Assembly (NCBI GenBank): GCA_965249545.1
Contig: CBDFMH010000005.1
Coordinates: 604,126-668,125 of the forward strand
Source of the DNA: Pirellulales bacterium
Lineage (GTDB): Bacteria > Planctomycetota > Planctomycetia > Pirellulales > UBA1268
DNA: 64,000 nt
Reading direction: 5' to 3'
The stretch's first letter is position 1, and every line of letters starts with the position of its first letter. This document shows positions 8,970 to 19,781 of the stretch, one piece after another. Below the pieces are notes generated by a model, which was not told the origin of the DNA, did not search any database, and was given only the letters and a program-made list of their open reading frames with translations. The translations under genes and the position numbers were made by a program.

Positions 8970-10337
8970 TTACTTTCCCGTGACCTGCTTTAATGCACTT
9001 AGCGCTTGTTTGCGTGCCTCGGCATGATCAACAATTGGTTCCGGGTACGTGTCATCACGAACAACCCAGCGATCAATATATTTTTCATCCGGGTCAAACT
9101 TCTGCTGTTGGCTCGTCGGATTGAAGATTCGGAAATACGGCGCTGCATCAGCCCCACACCCAGCAGCCCATTGCCAGCCAAGTGTATTGGCAGCAAGATC
9201 AGCATCAACAAGTGTGTCCCAAAACCAACGGGCACCTTCCAGCCACGTAATGCGTAAATCTTTGACGAGAAAACTGGCCACAATCATTCTTACGCGATTG
9301 TGCATCCATCCAGTTTCCCATAGTTGTTGCATCCCTGCGTCAACAATCGGAAAGCCCGTGCGGCCTTTCTGCCATGCCCGAAGACCAATCGGATCATCGA
9401 CCCAAGGAAAACGATTGTAATCCTTCCGTAGTGGTTCATTCGGAGTGTGAGGAAAGTGATACAGAAGATGATTTGCAAACTCCCGCCAACCGAGTTCTCG
9501 GAGATACACTTCCGGACTACCCACGATATTCTTTGCTGGCTTTCCACCTACTGCCTCTCGGACCGCATGCCAGACGCGTCGAGGTGAAATTTCTCCAAAA
9601 TGGAGATGTGGTGAAAGACTACTTGTACCCTGCTGGTCAGGGCGATTTCGCCCGTCGTCGTATGAATCAATTCCTTGTGAGAGAAATGACTTGAGTAATT
9701 TTTTTGCACCGGCTTCACCCGGGTTCCATGTCTTCGTCATCACGCCCGACCAGTCCGGCTGAGGCAGTAGCTTCAACGACTTCACAGAAAGTGATTTCAC
9801 TGTCGTACGTACCGGTTTTACTTTTCTCGGTGCGGCGGTCGGCTCAGCTGGTTCATCTCGTGCAAGGAGCGCTCGCCAAAAAGGTGTGAAAACCTGATAT
9901 GGATTCCCTTGCTTCGTTGCAATGTGTGATGGTTCGTACAGGAGGCTGCCGCCAAAGCTTTCGGCATGTAACCCGTCTTGCGAAAGAGTCTTCTTAATTA
10001 TCGTATCGCGTTTCACTACAGCTGGCTCGTATCGTCGATTCCAGACAACATCCGTTGCATGAACCTCTCGTGCAATCTGCTGAAGTGCCTTGAGTGTCGG
10101 ACCGCGACGAATCACCAGCGGGCAACCAACTTTTTGCAGTTTCTCAGAAAGACTTTCCAGTGATTGATGCAGCCACCAACGAGAGGCTGACCCTGGTTCC
10201 CATGGAGCTTCTTCCTCAGGTGCCCAGATGAAAACTGGGAGAATACTGCCACGACGGGTCGCCTCCAAGAATGCTGGATTATCATCCAAGCGAAGATCGT
10301 GGCGAAACCAGACAATTGTCACTGCAGACATCCACAC
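8970..10337 (-). CDS. phrB: Deoxyribodipyrimidine photolyase (class I/III CPD)
   Basis: WFRHDLRLDDNPA, TSSLSPHLHFGEIS, ELGWREF, TGFPIVDAGM, GWMHNRVRM, GWQWAAGCGADAAPYFRIFNP. Confidence 0.95.
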   Translation of the reverse strand: MWMSAVTIVWFRHDLRLDDNPAFLEATRRGSILPVFIWAPEEEAPWEPGSASRWWLHQSLESLSEKLQKVGCPLVIRRGPTLKALQQIAREVHATDVVWNRRYEPAVVKRDTIIKKTLSQDGLHAESFGGSLLYEPSHIATKQGNPYQVFTPFWRALLARDEPAEPTAAPRKVKPVRTTVKSLSVKSLKLLPQPDWSGVMTKTWNPGEAGAKKLLKSFLSQGIDSYDDGRNRPDQQGTSSLSPHLHFGEISPRRVWHAVREAVGGKPAKNIVGSPEVYLRELGWREFANHLLYHFPHTPNEPLRKDYNRFPWVDDPIGLRAWQKGRTGFPIVDAGMQQLWETGWMHNRVRMIVASFLVKDLRITWLEGARWFWDTLVDADLAANTLGWQWAAGCGADAAPYFRIFNPTSQQQKFDPDEKYIDRWVVRDDTYPEPIVDHAEARKQALSALKQVTGK

Positions 10338-10574
10338 TCCTATTTTCTCTATGTTCTAGCAAGACATGTTTATCATAACTGGCACTGCTTGGTTTTTGTC
10401 TTTTTTTATCGTCCACAATCGAAGGCCTGTTCTCATAAGAATAGTTTGTTCTGATTTATGGCGTTAGGTGTTTTTTACAGTCCACACCGACACTCATCCA
10501 AACACTGTATCGTATTCATGACTTCTGAATGTGACAGTCATGATTTAAAAAGGTCTCGCAAGAGATCCACTTTT

Positions 10575-12031
10575 TCATGACAGCAGATCGTGAACAACTT
10601 CGCCATGCACATCTGTGAGCCGGAAATCACGGCCCTGAAAACGATGTGTCAGTTTCGTATGGTCGAATCCAAGCTGATAAAGAAGAGTCGCTTGCAGATC
10701 ATGAATGTGCACCGGGTTCTCAGCTACCTGGAAGCCAAGATCATCACTCGATCCATAGGTTAGACCTCCTTTGACACCACCACCTGCCATCCATATTGAA
10801 TAGCAATCTGGATAATGGTCACGACCAAGCACTCCACCTTTTGATGTTCGGCCTTCACGGAACGGTGTTCGGCCAAACTCACCAGTACAAAGAACAAGTG
10901 TGTCATCGAGCAAACCTCTTTGCTCCAAGTCTTCTATGAGAGCCGCAGCTGGCTTATCGAAGGTTGCACCTTTTTTTGTTAATCCATCCCGAATATCTTG
11001 CTTTGGACTTGTTCCATGGAAGTCCCAACCCCAATCAAACAAATGGACAAATCGCACACCCTCCTCAACCAGCCGCCGCGCAAGGAGACAATTGTTTGCG
11101 AGGCTCGATTCACCAGGCTTGGCTCCATACGCTTCAATAATGTGCTTGGGTTCCTGAGAAATATTCATGACAGCTGGCACACTTGATTGCATCCGATAGG
11201 CCAACTCATACTGAGCGATTCGAGTTACAGTTTCAGGATTACCGAGTTCTTCAGCTTGCATCTGATTCAACTCATTCAAAGCATCAAGGCTTTTTCGACG
11301 CAGCTTTCGATCCATGCCCTCTGGGTTTGACACATAAAGCACTGGGTCACCTTTTGAGCGGCACTGAACCCCTTGATACACACTCGGCAAGAAACCTGAG
11401 CCAAAGCTACTTGTCCCACCATTTGGCTGAACACCAGATGAAATCAAAACTACAAAGCCAGGCAAATTTTCATTTTCTGTACCGAGGCCATACGTTACCC
11501 AACTCCCAAGGCTCGGGCGACCACCGCGTGGACTTCCTGTGTAGACCATGAGTTCCGCAGGTGCATGGTTGAACTGATCAGTGTGCATGCTCTTCACCAG
11601 GCATAGTTTGTCCGCTACACGGTGGAGATTTGGAATCGCATCTGAGAGTTCCATACCGCTCTCACCACAACGCTTCCATTTTCTTCGTGTCCCCAGTAGT
11701 TTTGGTGTCCCACTTGTAAAGGCAAACTTCTTGCCTGCAATGGTATCGGCTGGACACTCTTCACCGTCTCTTTTGACCAACTCTGGCTTATGGTCGTACA
11801 TATCAAGATGTGGTGGAGAGCCCGTAAGATGAATCACAATCATCCGTTTCGCACGGGGTGCAAAGTGAGGCGGACGAACGGCAAGTGGATCAGAAGGGAG
11901 GGTATTGGTGACGCTGCAGTGGCACCACTTCCTAGCAAATCGGTAAGTGCTGCTGCGCCGATACCACCAGCCATACCGCCAAGCAGATGACGACGGGTAC
12001 GTAATAGCTTGTATTCAGAATATGGATCCAT
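10575..12031 (-). pseudogene. DUF1501 family protein interrupted by a 1-nt frameshift near 11890-11930 (pseudogene or assembly error)
   Basis: The RR signal segment (TRRHLLGG) is in one frame and DPLAVRPPHFAPRAKRMIVIHLTGSP... continues in another. Span is 1457 nt (one short of 3n). AGGAGG lies upstream of ATG 12031. Confidence 0.85.
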
Positions 12032-12041
12032 TTCCATCCTC

Positions 12042-14567
12042 CTATGGACACATAAATGTTTCGTCAAGATTCAAGATAACATTCCCTACAACCGTCCATG
12101 CGGCGAGAGATGCATGCGCTTCATTGGTAGCTCCATTAAAATGCTTCAGTACCGTTTCTGGTAACGGGCCTCTCGGTTTCGTTGCCATCGCCAGTGACGC
12201 ACTCGAATCATTAAGGAAATGGCTTCGTGTCTCTTCATAGAGTTTGACTAAACGCTTTACTTCATTTGGTTGTGGCGCTCGTGTCAGTACAAGGCGAAAG
12301 CCTCGGGTTACCTGCTCAGCAGAATCTGGACCACTCTCACACACGATACGCCGTGCCAGTGCCTGCGCAGCTTCGACAAAAACAGGATCATTCAACGTGA
12401 CAAGTGCTTGTAGTGGTGTATTCGTCCGGGGTCGACGGATTGTGCAGACTTCACGATTTGGTGCATCGAAGGTAGCCATCGATGGATATGGATTACTCCG
12501 CCGCCATGTTGTGTAAATTGCTCGTCGATACCGATCTTCACCAGTGCTTGTCTTCCAATCGATACCAGCTCCGAATGCCGCCTTTAAACCAAGGTCCGGC
12601 TGTGGGGGATGGACACTCGGCCCACCCTTTTTTGAAGAGAGAAGTCCTGCTGCTGCAAGTGCCTGATCACGTATCACTTCAGCTGACAGTCTGACCCGAG
12701 GACCACACGCAAGCAGTCGATTTTCTGGGTCATGCTCTAACAGCTTCGGAGTTGGCTTGGATGACTGCCTGTATGTAGCACTTGTAATAATTAATCGTTG
12801 TATTGCTTGAATATCCCAACCACTATCAATAAATTCGCACGCGAGCCAGTCAAGCAGTTCTGGATGACTTGGTAATTCACCCTGACTCCCAAACTCTTCA
12901 CTTGTTGAGACAATACCGATACCGAAAATCTGCTCCCATAAGCGATTCACAAGCACCCGAGCTGTGAGTGGATTGTCTCGATCGACGAGCCATTCTGCCA
13001 GCTTAAGGCGACTCACGCTTTCGCCATCAGTACGCTCCGGTTGCGGGAACACAGCTGGGACATGCTCCTCGATGACTGGACCAAGGTCTTGCCAGTTCCC
13101 TCGATACTGTAATTTTGTTACCCGCCGCTTATCATCCTGAAGCTCTTCCATCACAGGCACCGTCACTGCTTTCACTGCGGCAATTCTTCTTCGTAGCGTG
13201 TCTACATGCTTGCGAAGTGGCCGTAACTCGGGCGGCTCTCCGTGTGGTTGAACTTGCTTCTTCGGAGTACTCTTTTTCATCTCAGGTACCGCCTTGAGGA
13301 TGGCGGCTAACTCTTTTTCCAATGGCCTCCGTTTGGCATCCAATGGCTCCCACGGTATCGAAACAAGCGGTGATTCGTCTTTTCGATCCGCATCAGCAGT
13401 GTTGTTAAAGATTGCATAGAGACCAAAGAACTCGTGCTGTGTAAGAGGGTCATATTTGTGGTCATGACATTGTGCACACGCGATTGTCGTACCCATCCAC
13501 GTGCTCAGTGTCGTATTTACACGATCAACCACTGCCACTGAGCGAAATTCTTCATCAATTGTTCCACCCTCATTATTTGTCAATGTATTTCGGTGAAAGG
13601 CAGTGGCAATCTTGTTGTCAGGTGTCGTATCTGGCAGAAGGTCTCCTGCTAGTTGTTGAACTGTGAATTCATCGAATGGCATGCTTGTATCAAAAGCATT
13701 AATAACCCAATCTCGATACGGCCATATTGTTCGTGGCGGATCATCTGCATACCCAGCACTGTCAGCATACCGGGCAAGGTCAAGCCAACCTCGCGCCATA
13801 TGCTCACCATAGCCCGGATGAGAGAGCAACGTATCAACAAACTTTTCAAAGGCATCTGTGGATGCATCTGCAACAAATTGATCGACCTGCTCCGGAGTCA
13901 CTGGAAGACCTGTTAGATCGAGAGCAAGTCGACGAGACAGCGTCATGCGATCAGCTTCTCGGCTTGGTTCAAGACCTTCTGCTTCCAGCTTTGCAAGGAT
14001 AAACCGATCGATTTGATTCCGTGGCCACGACGAATCAGAGACCGTTGGAATCGCTGGACGACTGATGCGAGTGTATGACCAATGTGGTTCGTACTCTGCA
14101 CCATCATTGATCCATCGTTGAAGTAATGACACTTCTTTATCGGATAGAGGCTCACCAGCTTCAGGTGGAGGCATGACCAGATCGACATCTTCTTCTGAAA
14201 CCCGAATGATTAATTCACTCTTGTTAGCCTCTCCTGGAACAATCGCTGCATACCCACCAAGATCTTCAATTGCACCTGCAAATGTATCGAGCCGCAACCC
14301 ATTTTCACCACCACCGTGGCGAGCCTCAGCATCTGGACCATGACACCGAATACAGCGATTCGAAAGAAGACCTTTAATGTCACGGGTAAATGAAAGCGAA
14401 TCGTCCGAAATCGCTGGTGCTGCCGAGAGCGAAGACCACGCAATCAGCGAAAGTCTTAACCCAACAGAAATACAACGACTGGCGACTACCGACCACCAGT
14501 CTGCAAAGCTGTGAACCACAGGATCACTCCATGGAAACAACCGCTTCGCCACCAGATAACTACACAA
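12042..14567 (-). CDS. Planctomycete cytochrome c (PSCyt1) + DUF1549 + DUF1553 protein
   Basis: Heme motifs CIRCH and [35 protein letters not shown]. Start codon uncertain. Confidence 0.93.
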   Translation of the reverse strand: MCSYLVAKRLFPWSDPVVHSFADWWSVVASRCISVGLRLSLIAWSSLSAAPAISDDSLSFTRDIKGLLSNRCIRCHGPDAEARHGGGENGLRLDTFAGAIEDLGGYAAIVPGEANKSELIIRVSEEDVDLVMPPPEAGEPLSDKEVSLLQRWINDGAEYEPHWSYTRISRPAIPTVSDSSWPRNQIDRFILAKLEAEGLEPSREADRMTLSRRLALDLTGLPVTPEQVDQFVADASTDAFEKFVDTLLSHPGYGEHMARGWLDLARYADSAGYADDPPRTIWPYRDWVINAFDTSMPFDEFTVQQLAGDLLPDTTPDNKIATAFHRNTLTNNEGGTIDEEFRSVAVVDRVNTTLSTWMGTTIACAQCHDHKYDPLTQHEFFGLYAIFNNTADADRKDESPLVSIPWEPLDAKRRPLEKELAAILKAVPEMKKSTPKKQVQPHGEPPELRPLRKHVDTLRRRIAAVKAVTVPVMEELQDDKRRVTKLQYRGNWQDLGPVIEEHVPAVFPQPERTDGESVSRLKLAEWLVDRDNPLTARVLVNRLWEQIFGIGIVSTSEEFGSQGELPSHPELLDWLACEFIDSGWDIQAIQRLIITSATYRQSSKPTPKLLEHDPENRLLACGPRVRLSAEVIRDQALAAAGLLSSKKGGPSVHPPQPDLGLKAAFGAGIDWKTSTGEDRYRRAIYTTWRRSNPYPSMATFDAPNREVCTIRRPRTNTPLQALVTLNDPVFVEAAQALARRIVCESGPDSAEQVTRGFRLVLTRAPQPNEVKRLVKLYEETRSHFLNDSSASLAMATKPRGPLPETVLKHFNGATNEAHASLAAWTVVGNVILNLDETFMCP

Positions 14568-14745
14568 TGTTCTGGTGCGGACCTGAAATGGTCGATCGGC
14601 GGATACTTACGTAACTATATCGTCATTTCTTTTGCAAAACAGCATTTCGTGCCACGACGTGCTCCGAATGCCTGATTTCTGCACGTTTTGTGAGACCATT
14701 TCCTACACATCTGTAGAAAATGTATCTCCATGTGACGCATCACGC

Positions 14746-16467
14746 TCACTGACTTGTCACAACTTCCCAGACCGTTGTTGTCCCGCTTGTCTCGTTGCCA
14801 ACAACAACAAGATTTGTTGACGTCGGTGATTTTTCTGCGGGCACAAAAATTAATCCTTCGATCCCGCTGTCACCGGCTTCTGGGTTTGCTGTTCCATCAC
14901 TGAGGGTAGGAGGCACATCAAACTGCCGATTATTGAAATAGCCAACATGTTTGGAGGACTCTGGCTGCGTAATGTCATACACCATGATGCCACCAATTCG
15001 CTCAAGACCAACAAATGCATACGTCTTCTGGCCGACCGTGCCCAGAACGAGTCCTTCCGGCTCAGGTCCTTTACTTCGGCTCCGCTTCTCTTTTTTTAAT
15101 GAGTCGTTGCTCACATTAAAAAATTCTGGGTATCGCTTTGCTGTGATCTGTTCAAAATCATCACCGCTATCAAAGACAAGGTCACCTGTTGTGAGATCGA
15201 GTATTGAGAATGATCGACTCCCGAATGCAAAAAGCTGAGTTGGCCGACCCTTCTCATCGAGATGGTCGTCAACCAGGTCTCGTACAAGTTTGAGCCTTCC
15301 GAGTTCTGTATCAGAAGTCTGTTTTTCAAACAAAGTCCCACTGGTAGGCCAATCATCAAGGCTTGCCTCATCTTCAAAGACGGCACCCTCTTCAAATCCT
15401 GAGACTGCATCATCTGATGTTGGCCGAACGCGGGAATCGCCTTCATTCGCTGTTACCAATAGGCGTCTGCCATTTCGCTGATAGATTCGCACTGTATCAG
15501 GCTGCAAGATTCCAAAGAGTCCTGAGCGAGGCCGTATGTCGATACGGTTATCTTCATCACTTGCATCAATTCCACTGCCAGCTTCACCAAAGTTTTTATA
15601 ACCCAGAGGTAGAATGCGACGGACGGTTGCTTTGGCTATATCAATTTCTGCAACTGCATTCACTTCCTGCAGGCAGACATATGCAAAATGACTTTCATGA
15701 TCGACAGCTATCCACTCAGGCTCTGCGTCCTGTGCAAACGTGGCTGGTATTTTCTTTTTGAGATCACCTGATTGAGACACCTGCCCAAAAACACGAAGCC
15801 CACGTTTTTTTAGTTCTGGAAGTTCCTGCGCGTGTTTTCCGTCTGCATTCCAATCCCGAAATGTCACCGTCCGTGTCTTTAGCTGGTCAAAACCATTACG
15901 GACATCGACAACCGTGACCGTGCCTTCAGGGTCGATGGTGTACTCCTCATTTGGCTCGCCTTCATTTGCTACAAGAACCCACTGGCCATTCGGTGTAAAC
16001 GTCACCATATCAGGCAACGCCCCAGCTTCGACCGAACCTTTCAACTGCAGCGATCCGGTGTCATAAAAAGCCACCCGACCATTCTCTGTGATTACACCTG
16101 CCTCAACAGCTACTGCAAGCGTTCCATCAAAAACACTCACGCTGTTGACCGCCGACATCCCGTTTCCCAGATCATCTGCTGCATCGATTGAGCCGACCTT
16201 CGTCAAACTGCCGTTATCACCAAGCCCAAGCACATCGACTCGACCTGATTCAGCATTGACGACAAAGACCTGCTTTGTCTTCTGGCAATACGTCGGAATT
16301 TCAGCCGCTGACTTGTCATACAAACCCGTGTGGAACGTCCCTATTGGCCGGAGCGTTATTTCAGCGATTGCCTCACAAGCTATGAATCCACCTACCAACG
16401 CAACTAAAGATAGGGAAAAAAATCGACCACACACGTAATCACTTCTACCTTTCAAATGCAGCACCAA
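14746..16467 (-). CDS. Choice-of-anchor I family protein (alkaline-phosphatase-associated/MSP130-like beta-propeller)
   Basis: Signal-like N-terminus, SAAEI, GALPDMVTFT, ANEGEP, EPEWIAV, TANEGDSR, FGSRSFSI, DSGDDFE, KGPEPEG, GLERIGG, GNETSGTTT. Confidence 0.88.
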   Translation of the reverse strand: MVLHLKGRSDYVCGRFFSLSLVALVGGFIACEAIAEITLRPIGTFHTGLYDKSAAEIPTYCQKTKQVFVVNAESGRVDVLGLGDNGSLTKVGSIDAADDLGNGMSAVNSVSVFDGTLAVAVEAGVITENGRVAFYDTGSLQLKGSVEAGALPDMVTFTPNGQWVLVANEGEPNEEYTIDPEGTVTVVDVRNGFDQLKTRTVTFRDWNADGKHAQELPELKKRGLRVFGQVSQSGDLKKKIPATFAQDAEPEWIAVDHESHFAYVCLQEVNAVAEIDIAKATVRRILPLGYKNFGEAGSGIDASDEDNRIDIRPRSGLFGILQPDTVRIYQRNGRRLLVTANEGDSRVRPTSDDAVSGFEEGAVFEDEASLDDWPTSGTLFEKQTSDTELGRLKLVRDLVDDHLDEKGRPTQLFAFGSRSFSILDLTTGDLVFDSGDDFEQITAKRYPEFFNVSNDSLKKEKRSRSKGPEPEGLVLGTVGQKTYAFVGLERIGGIMVYDITQPESSKHVGYFNNRQFDVPPTLSDGTANPEAGDSGIEGLIFVPAEKSPTSTNLVVVGNETSGTTTVWEVVTSQ

Positions 16468-16492
16468 ATTTCAGTCAAATCAGAATGAGGAT

Positions 16493-16945
16493 TTATCCTT
16501 TTGTCATCTTCAGCACGACACTGCTTGCCTGCTCATCTAGGTTCATAAAGAGATCTGTTTCGAATTCATCTTCACTGACATCTAGATATTTTTCTGGTAC
16601 TTGTCTTTTTAAACTTCTAAATTTAGGGTCATTCAAACCTACAAAAACTTTGTAGTTCGTAGCGATAATTTTTGTTTTTTCATCAGGCCTAATGATGAAC
16701 GTCCCGTCTTCATTAATATCAGCCGCAAGTCTTCTTGCTCCTCGTACACCACCAAAGGGACGTAACATGAGATTCCCTCCCTTCAGCGGTCGTCCCGTTG
16801 GCAGGAGGATTGTACCACTGACCTCTGAAACCTCCTTCAAAGCTTCAGAGCTTGAGGTTCCACAACCCACATTTACCCAACCTAGCGGGCCCAACAACAT
16901 GACTAGGAAAATTGCTTTTGCGTTCAACCAATTAAACATTTTCAT
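16493..16945 (-). CDS. Small planctomycete lipoprotein (carboxypeptidase-regulatory-like beta-sandwich), typical DUF1559 partner
   Basis: Hydrophobic leader with lipobox NVG-C; VSGTILL..G.PL.GG, DGTF and VPEKY patterns. Confidence 0.75.
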   Translation of the reverse strand: MKMFNWLNAKAIFLVMLLGPLGWVNVGCGTSSSEALKEVSEVSGTILLPTGRPLKGGNLMLRPFGGVRGARRLAADINEDGTFIIRPDEKTKIIATNYKVFVGLNDPKFRSLKRQVPEKYLDVSEDEFETDLFMNLDEQASSVVLKMTKG

Positions 16946-16978
16946 TTTTCCTTACTCCAATACGTTTAAGAACTTTAA

Positions 16979-18393
16979 CTACAAAGATTGTGGAAGCGAC
17001 AGCACCCACATGCAGGATCGCCTACTGACTTCATTTTCCTCAAAAATACTATCTACATTGAAGTCATTGTCATTTACGACAACGACATGATTACTATCCA
17101 GAACTGCCAAACCCTCAAGCTTAAGACCGGCAACTTGTTCGTCCACTTCTGGTTGCCATTGACCAGCAGTAATATCTGAAGCAAAAGAAGGAAGAAGGCT
17201 CGCAAGATCTGCTACAAGTGTTTTCTTGACTGGGGTCACGCCAACCTGTGACAGATTACGGACACCATCTAGATCTTTATCATCGCCGAGGACGTTGGTC
17301 GCTTTATCTAATTCACAGCGATACATTTTTGCATCACCATCATCTGATTGCTCGAGAACGAGAAGCTTCTTCGGGCCGATGGCCGCCATTGCACAAAGCT
17401 TTCCATCATCAGGAACGACGCCTCCGGTTAGAAAATCAGCGGCAGCAGGGTCACCGAGACGATAGACGTATTCACTTGTTGGTTGACCATTTTCCGTATT
17501 GCATCCGAGGAGCCGCACATTCCCGAACGCTCAGCTGCTTCATTGTCAAATGGGCTCTGCATCAAAGCCCAGATTGTGGATTCATCGGGACTCAGTGCCA
17601 ATGATTCAAAGCCTCTATTGGCTCGGCGCTTTGCGTAATGAGCCGGAAGATTTTCGACAATCTGGATATCACTCGACGGAAGTTTTACACCTTTTGGAAT
17701 AAATCGCTTGATAACCGTGCCGTCGGCTTCACAACATAAAACTGATGGTCGATATTCTTCACATAGCCAGAAGGTTCCATCAGCGAGAAGAGCACATCCT
17801 TCAGGATCAATCCCGTTGACATCGGGAGCAAGCAATTCTTCACCAGACGGATTTGCAATGCTATCGTCACCCTCAAGACCGTTTGAACGCCCAGTAATCA
17901 CTTTTCCTGGAGGGGTTTGAAGTGAAAACTGAGACTGGAGGTTTATTTTGAGTTTCTTTGATTCACCACGGCTCTCGTCAAGTGAACACCCTGAAATCCC
18001 AAAGACGAGTGCTGTTGGAACAAAAGAGGGATTGAGGAATACTCTTTGTTTTCCATCTGCTGTCTCAATCTTCCGTGAGGGCCCTCTGTCTGTCAGCAGT
18101 CGTATGACAAACTGGCCGTTATCATCAATCGCTTTCTCAACAGTAATGTCACTTATTCCACCGAGCACTACAGGAACATCGTGTGACACAGATGGATCGT
18201 CTTGCGCAAGGATAATCTCGGGAAATACTCCGCTTGCAACAATCTGACACTGCAACGATTTACCACTCTCAAGCAGTGGCTCTTCTGCCTCCCCGTTTCC
18301 CGTCGAGGAAATAAAAAAAACTACGACCACGCTACAGAAAAGTAGCGCGGCCGCAGCCTTTGAGAGCAGTTGTGATTGATGACTATGTGCCAT
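16979..18393 (-). pseudogene. Esterase-like activity of phytase family protein, split by a 1-nt frameshift near 17520
   Basis: LTDRGP, GIDPEG, FWLCEEYRPS, RRANRGFESLA and MQSP in the upstream ORF; KLEGLAV and NDNDF in the downstream ORF. Adding one base to GGGAA restores SGNVRLL. Confidence 0.85.
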
Positions 18394-18420
18394 AAACCAA
18401 TCTGTTTTCTCTTTGGAAAA

Positions 18421-19471
18421 CTACCACTCGATATTTGGTTCCATTACTCCATTGGAAGCAGCCTCTCCGCCACCAGCACGAGTTATCATCGACCCAAAAA
18501 GAACTGGTGAGATTGTGTCTGACAATACATGAGTTGCACCGTCCATACTGCTCACAACAAGAACGCCAGGATGAAAACTATATGCCTCACCGTCGTTCGT
18601 TGCATTAAAGGCTACATTCCCATCATCATTGTCACGCTTTTCCCCGTAGCTGGATCAATGCCATCTAATTTTGAAGGCCCAAGAGAATCGAGCGCGGCAA
18701 TTGTCTGATTGGTTTCACCAGTTGGCGAGAAGTTACCACGGCCTTTGTAAACATCAGGGGCACCGGCTTTCTCGACAAACATCAAGGTGTTGCTCATACC
18801 ATCAGTAACTTGGGCAACCTTTGTTTCAGCATCTTTAACAAGTCCACCCATACCTCGAGGACCTTTTCTTTCTGCTTTGGTTGGCCATGGGTTACCAGTA
18901 GCAACAATTTTATGTTTGACCCCAGTCATTGCTTCATAGTCACGCTGACCAAAAATATTTGGATCAAGTGATGGAGCAGCTGAATCACTATCTCTGGTGT
19001 TCCCGTCAATTGATGCATATCCACCCGCTGGTGGCAGCGCAGAAGGACATTTAAAAACACTTGGCTGGATTGTTGCAGCTGCACGATTTGCAGGATCCCA
19101 CCAGTGCTTTGTGAAATCATAAGGGACATTACCTTGCTCAAGGTTTGTCAAGAACAAACGCTGTCCACGCATGTTCTTTTCCAGATGGATTTCCTTTTGT
19201 TGGTTCCGTCGTTCGATGGATCTGAATCAACGGTGTAACACGCAGCAGGAAAATACGTTCGAGCATTCTCGTAGACATGCATTGCGAGACCATGCTGCTT
19301 CATATTATTTGCACATGAAACCCGACGAGCAGCTTCACGAGCTTGCTGAACGGCTGGTAAAAGAAGACCGACAAGAACACCAATAATGGCAATAACAACA
19401 AGAAGCTCAATCAGCGTAAAGCCGCGATTTCGACTTCCAGTTGGCTGAGAAGAATGAGCAGTGTGTAGCAC
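18421..19471 (-). pseudogene. DUF1559 prepilin-type N-terminal cleavage/methylation + H-X9-DG protein, with three frameshifts (~19205, ~19150, ~18640)
   Basis: AAGGAG RBS then GTG 19471. [35 protein letters not shown], then [26 protein letters not shown] and SFHPGVLVVSSMDG in successive frames. Stop TAG at 18421-18423. Confidence 0.85.
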
Positions 19472-19554
19472 GTCTAACTCCTTAGTGAGAAATGTAAAAG
19501 TATCTTTGGAAGACAATTTGCCTTCCGTCAACTGCAAGGAGTGTCGACATCTTT

Positions 19555-19593
19555 TGTTAGGCAATTGTGAGACAAATATAAGGACTTTGTAAG
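19555..19593 (-). promoter_or_regulatory. Pho-box-like array: four direct hexamer repeats at an 11-bp period
   Basis: Minus strand CTTACA (19593-19588), CTTATA (19582-19577), CTCACA (19571-19566), CTAACA (19560-19555); ~85 nt upstream of the DUF1559/phosphatase operon. Confidence 0.65.
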
Positions 19594-19781
19594 TTTTCTC
19601 AGGCCCTATTTTTAAGGCAAAAATGAGTGCTTCCAGGATGGTTTAGAGGCTAGACAGTCTCAAGATCTGGTGTTTTGCTGCGTGACTAGATCCATCCCCG
19701 TTCCATGCTGCACATTGCTTCAGTGGGAAGTAAAGAATGCGGTCTAGCCCGGGGTGCATGTCGACCGGCCCCCAAGGTGAA

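Noticed and set aside
10338..10460. Three TGTTCT words upstream of phrB as a possible SOS box
   Set aside because: None forms a correct TGTTC-N4-GAACA dyad, and the AT-rich background makes chance likely.
17515..18645. Programmed ribosomal frameshifting as the explanation for the split genes
   Set aside because: Several independent breaks of different sign, mostly at short homopolymers and without clear stimulatory structures; sequencing error or decay is more parsimonious.
19472..19564. Upstream extension of the DUF1559 ORF to 19564
   Set aside because: An AAGGAG RBS precedes GTG 19471, giving a normal short prepilin leader; the extension runs into the repeat array.
19648..19749. 8-bp inverted repeat GGCTAGAC...GTCTAGCC as a MITE remnant beside dld
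   Set aside because: Too short, with no target-site duplication and no second copy seen.
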